Origin: Candidatus Woesearchaeota archaeon
Lineage (GTDB): Archaea > Nanobdellota > Nanobdellia > Woesearchaeales > UBA9642
Direction: 5' to 3'
DNA: 63,118 bases
Assembly: GCA_016928115.1 (NCBI GenBank)
Contig: JAFGLI010000014.1
Location: 1 to 63,118 of the forward strand
The notes under the pieces are model-generated. The model had not been told where the DNA came from and made no database searches. It worked only from the letters and a program-made list of their open reading frames with translations. A program made the translations under genes and the position numbers. Positions within the stretch are counted from its first letter, which is position 1. Every line of letters begins with the position of its first letter. Shown piece by piece: positions 60,501 through 63,118 of this stretch.

Positions 60501-62069
60501 CTATTCCTCAACCAGTATCTCAATCATCCGACCGAATGCAGGCCTTGAAATCAAAACACCTGCTGAAATTCCTATAATTGTTGTAAGTGCAAAACCTTTT
60601 AACAAACCGGCCCCTGCAAACCACAAAGGCAGCATAGCAACAAGTGTTGTAAAATAAGCAGCCATTATTATAAAAAATGCTTTCTTCAGTTTTTCCTTCC
60701 AGTTGTTGTATATCTCTGTTTTCTCATTTAAAGTCTCATCAGTTATTATAATCAAGTCATCAACCCCCGTTCCAACTGCAATAATAATACCTGCTATTGC
60801 AACAAGGTCAAGATTCCATGAAATCATTGAAGCAACCCCTAAAATGATAATTACTTCTGAAACCATGGTCAATGCTATAGGAAGCGCTATTATTAATTTT
60901 CTGTATCTTAATGTAATCACTATGATGACAGAAACCAAAGCAAGAACACCTATGAACAAAACATTTTTCAGAAAATCTTCCCCAAGCAAGGGGCTTAATG
61001 TCTCTGTATTAATTATCTCTAATTTAACAGGAAGGCTTCCTGTAATTAAAATAGTCTGCAGCCTTTTCATATTATCAAGTGTATTCAAAGCAGCCTCTTC
61101 ATAGGTTCCCCCCACACCTGAGCCGGATATGCTGATTTCTGTTTCAGCCTTGCCTTTTAATCCTGAAGATATCCTAAGTTCATCGACAAGTTCATCATCC
61201 AGAAACAATGAAAGGTTCTGTGACAAATAACCATCGAATATTTCAAGGTCTTTTGTGGCTTCAGCCTGCCTCTGTGCTGCTTCAGGAGTTAATGAGATTG
61301 AAAACCTGAATTCACACACATAGCCATTTGTTGTTTCAACACAACCCTGCGAGGTTATCCCTGAGCAGTCTGCACTTCTGCAAACATAAGTTATATCATT
61401 CCCTCCTTTGAACACAGTTTCATTTCCTATCTTAGCCTCAAATTTTCCCTGTTTTGCAAGCAGTTCTTTTAGTTCCTCATCCTGTGCGCCCGAAATCTCA
61501 ACAAGGACAAAGCTATTGCCCTCTAAATCTTTAAGAGTTTTTACATTAACATCAGCCAGACCGTAAACATTCAGCCTTCTTTTTATATTCTCCACAACAA
61601 TATCCAAATCATCAACCGACACTTTTTCCTCAGGCTTTAACAACACTCTTGTCCCACCTTCAAGGTCAAGCCCTTTTCTTATATTGCTTGTAGCTACCTC
61701 TTTTACATTCAGGCCGAGAGGTTTTTCATCCTCCCCCATTACAGTTATCCTGTAATTGCCCTTGTTGGTTGTTAGTATAAAAGACTGGTTCACATTAAAT
61801 CTTGACACAACAGTATAATAATCATCAAGGTTATTAACAGGAATGTTGTTTATTTTCTCTATAATCTCCAATGACGTGGGACTTGCCCTTGACTCGGGAT
61901 TTTTTATCCCTGCAAGGTCAGCTGCAGAATCACCAATCACTGATTTTATTGCAACACCATGAGCCAATGCAGGTATTCTTGGATGTATTGCTATCAGAGA
62001 AAGGAATAAAACTGCAATCAATAGCAGTATTCTCCCGTTTGTGAATATCTTTTTGATTTTGGATTTCAT
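60501..62069 (-). CDS. secD: Protein-export membrane protein SecD
   Basis: N-terminal TM helix, a large periplasmic-type domain (GLDLEGGTRVLL), and a C-terminal 5-TM bundle. Follows secF. Confidence 0.85.
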   Translation of the reverse strand: MKSKIKKIFTNGRILLLIAVLFLSLIAIHPRIPALAHGVAIKSVIGDSAADLAGIKNPESRASPTSLEIIEKINNIPVNNLDDYYTVVSRFNVNQSFILTTNKGNYRITVMGEDEKPLGLNVKEVATSNIRKGLDLEGGTRVLLKPEEKVSVDDLDIVVENIKRRLNVYGLADVNVKTLKDLEGNSFVLVEISGAQDEELKELLAKQGKFEAKIGNETVFKGGNDITYVCRSADCSGITSQGCVETTNGYVCEFRFSISLTPEAAQRQAEATKDLEIFDGYLSQNLSLFLDDELVDELRISSGLKGKAETEISISGSGVGGTYEEAALNTLDNMKRLQTILITGSLPVKLEIINTETLSPLLGEDFLKNVLFIGVLALVSVIIVITLRYRKLIIALPIALTMVSEVIIILGVASMISWNLDLVAIAGIIIAVGTGVDDLIIITDETLNEKTEIYNNWKEKLKKAFFIIMAAYFTTLVAMLPLWFAGAGLLKGFALTTIIGISAGVLISRPAFGRMIEILVEE

Positions 62070-62079
62070 TTTTATATTA

Positions 62080-62961
62080 TCATACTTTTTTTGACTTTTT
62101 TCTTTCCAGATACCATCTTACTATTCCTGCTGTACCAAACCATGTTGTAAACAAGTCAACAATAAGGGCAATGATAAGAACAATCATTATCTGTTTTATA
62201 ACCTGAGCCTGTGAAAAGATAAAAGCTATGGTTACAGCAGTCAGTGTTGTCAGGCTCATAAGCAATCCCGTACCCATTGAACTAAGTGTTCTTGAAAACA
62301 CTGTTCCGTATTTTCTTTTCAAAAGCCTCATACACAACAAAACATCAGTATCCACGCTGTAGCCTATAACCATAAGAAAAGCAGCCACGCTTGCTGTAGT
62401 AATATTAATATCAAGAAGTATTAAAACCGCCAGGGTAACAACCATATCTGTAAATGCCGCAAGTATTACAGCAGAACTGGGAGCAAAGGTCCTGAAATAC
62501 AGGAAAACAACTATGCTCATAAAAACAAACGCAATGGCAATGGCAATCAGGGTCTGTCTGAAAAAAGAAGCACCAAGGCTTGGCCCGATAGTCTGTATGG
62601 AATAATCATCACCCATATCAGGGATATTTTCCTTTAGAAAATCCAAAAGCTCATTTTCATTTAATAAGGTAGTCTCAACAACAATAGACTCCTGCTGGTT
62701 TGTTTTTGTCACAGTTATAACTCTTATTTCAGAGTCAGGAAACCGTTCATTCAATTTATTTTCAAGCAGAGCTGTATCCAGATTATGAGAAGTCTGTATG
62801 GTTACACTTGTCCCTCCTTTAAGGCTTATGCCCTTATCTATGACTTCACCTGTTTTTATCACATTCAGGGAAATAACGACAAAAGCCAGAAACAATAATG
62901 CGAATGGAATAACAAGTAATTTTTTGTATTGCTTCTCATAAATATGTTTTAATTTATTCAT
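62080..62961 (-). CDS. secF: Protein-export membrane protein SecF
   Basis: N-terminal TM helix, GISLKGGT, and a C-terminal SecD/F 5-TM bundle (IGYSVDTDVLL). Confidence 0.85.
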   Translation of the reverse strand: MNKLKHIYEKQYKKLLVIPFALLFLAFVVISLNVIKTGEVIDKGISLKGGTSVTIQTSHNLDTALLENKLNERFPDSEIRVITVTKTNQQESIVVETTLLNENELLDFLKENIPDMGDDYSIQTIGPSLGASFFRQTLIAIAIAFVFMSIVVFLYFRTFAPSSAVILAAFTDMVVTLAVLILLDINITTASVAAFLMVIGYSVDTDVLLCMRLLKRKYGTVFSRTLSSMGTGLLMSLTTLTAVTIAFIFSQAQVIKQIMIVLIIALIVDLFTTWFGTAGIVRWYLERKKSKKV

Positions 62962-63118
62962 TAAAATACCCCGTTTTGATAATAAAAAGTTTTAATCTCC
63001 TTATTTATAAAACTTTCTCATTTTATGGTTTGATTAATTTATATTATTTAATTTTTAACAAAAAACATTAATCAGAATTTTAGTGAAAATCAAAAACTTT
63101 TTAAATTTTTATTAATAT

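Noticed and set aside
1-63118. Alternative genetic code or stop-codon recoding
   Set aside because: All family-recognisable genes are full length in the standard code with no in-frame stops. The short genes (the Dph2 and Hel308 fragments) are followed by other genes or a tRNA, not by continuations of their own frame.
1-63118. rRNA, RNase P RNA, SRP RNA or other large ncRNA
   Set aside because: No non-coding gap exceeds ~220 nt, and the larger gaps are accounted for by tRNAs, promoters or the hairpin arrays. I could not recognise C/D-box motifs in the tRNA introns.

Overview
Visibly AT-rich (composition not computed) archaeal chromosome segment whose gene content fits a small-genome DPANN-type archaeon. 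Archaeal hallmarks are aEF-1beta, ribosomal proteins S3Ae and L37Ae, RpoP, prefoldin alpha and beta, class I CCA-adding enzyme, Elp3, class III (type IV pilin-like) signal peptides and intron-bearing tRNAs. Bacterial-looking genes sit alongside them: lgt, gyrB, a Zn-ribbon topA and DUF1846. The window is dominated by translation and tRNA biology: four aaRS (IleRS, ArgRS, ProRS, TrpRS), tRNA modification enzymes (Elp3, NSUN-type m5C methyltransferase, ThiI, Trm1, CCA) and 10 tRNA genes, four of them interrupted by introns. One tRNA-Arg(UCG) appears to carry two insertions, and there is a tRNA-Ile with a genomically encoded UAU anticodon. Other core blocks are a remnant of the archaeal exosome superoperon (L37Ae-RpoP-Pcc1-PfdB-UPF0147), scpA, pfdA-ftsY, lhr, secF-secD, a ups-like type IV pilus locus plus two extra pilin genes, and the conserved GTPase/DUF2073/Zn-ribbon operon. 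I saw no rRNA, CRISPR array, transposase or integrase. The parts not explained by ordinary annotation are: (1) a family of intergenic hairpin arrays whose short connectors (AACTTAG / CGTAAGTTACG) are conserved while every stem sequence differs yet stays self-complementary; three copies are present and two bracket the GTPase operon. (2) Conserved leaders and trailers shared between tRNA genes. (3) Truncated or split-looking genes: an 83-aa Dph2 N-terminus, a Hel308 RecA1 domain only, and a two-ORF T2SS-F. (4) Two AT-richer accessory islets: a tightly overlapping glycosylation-type operon with a GT2-Nudix fusion and an HprK-like P-loop protein, and an AbiE-like wHTH + nucleotidyltransferase pair next to three Shine-Dalgarno-led small genes, one with a lipobox. 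(5) An operator-like run of GC-rich decamers downstream of a membrane-tethered wHTH gene. All functional calls come from motif recognition by eye; no searches were run.
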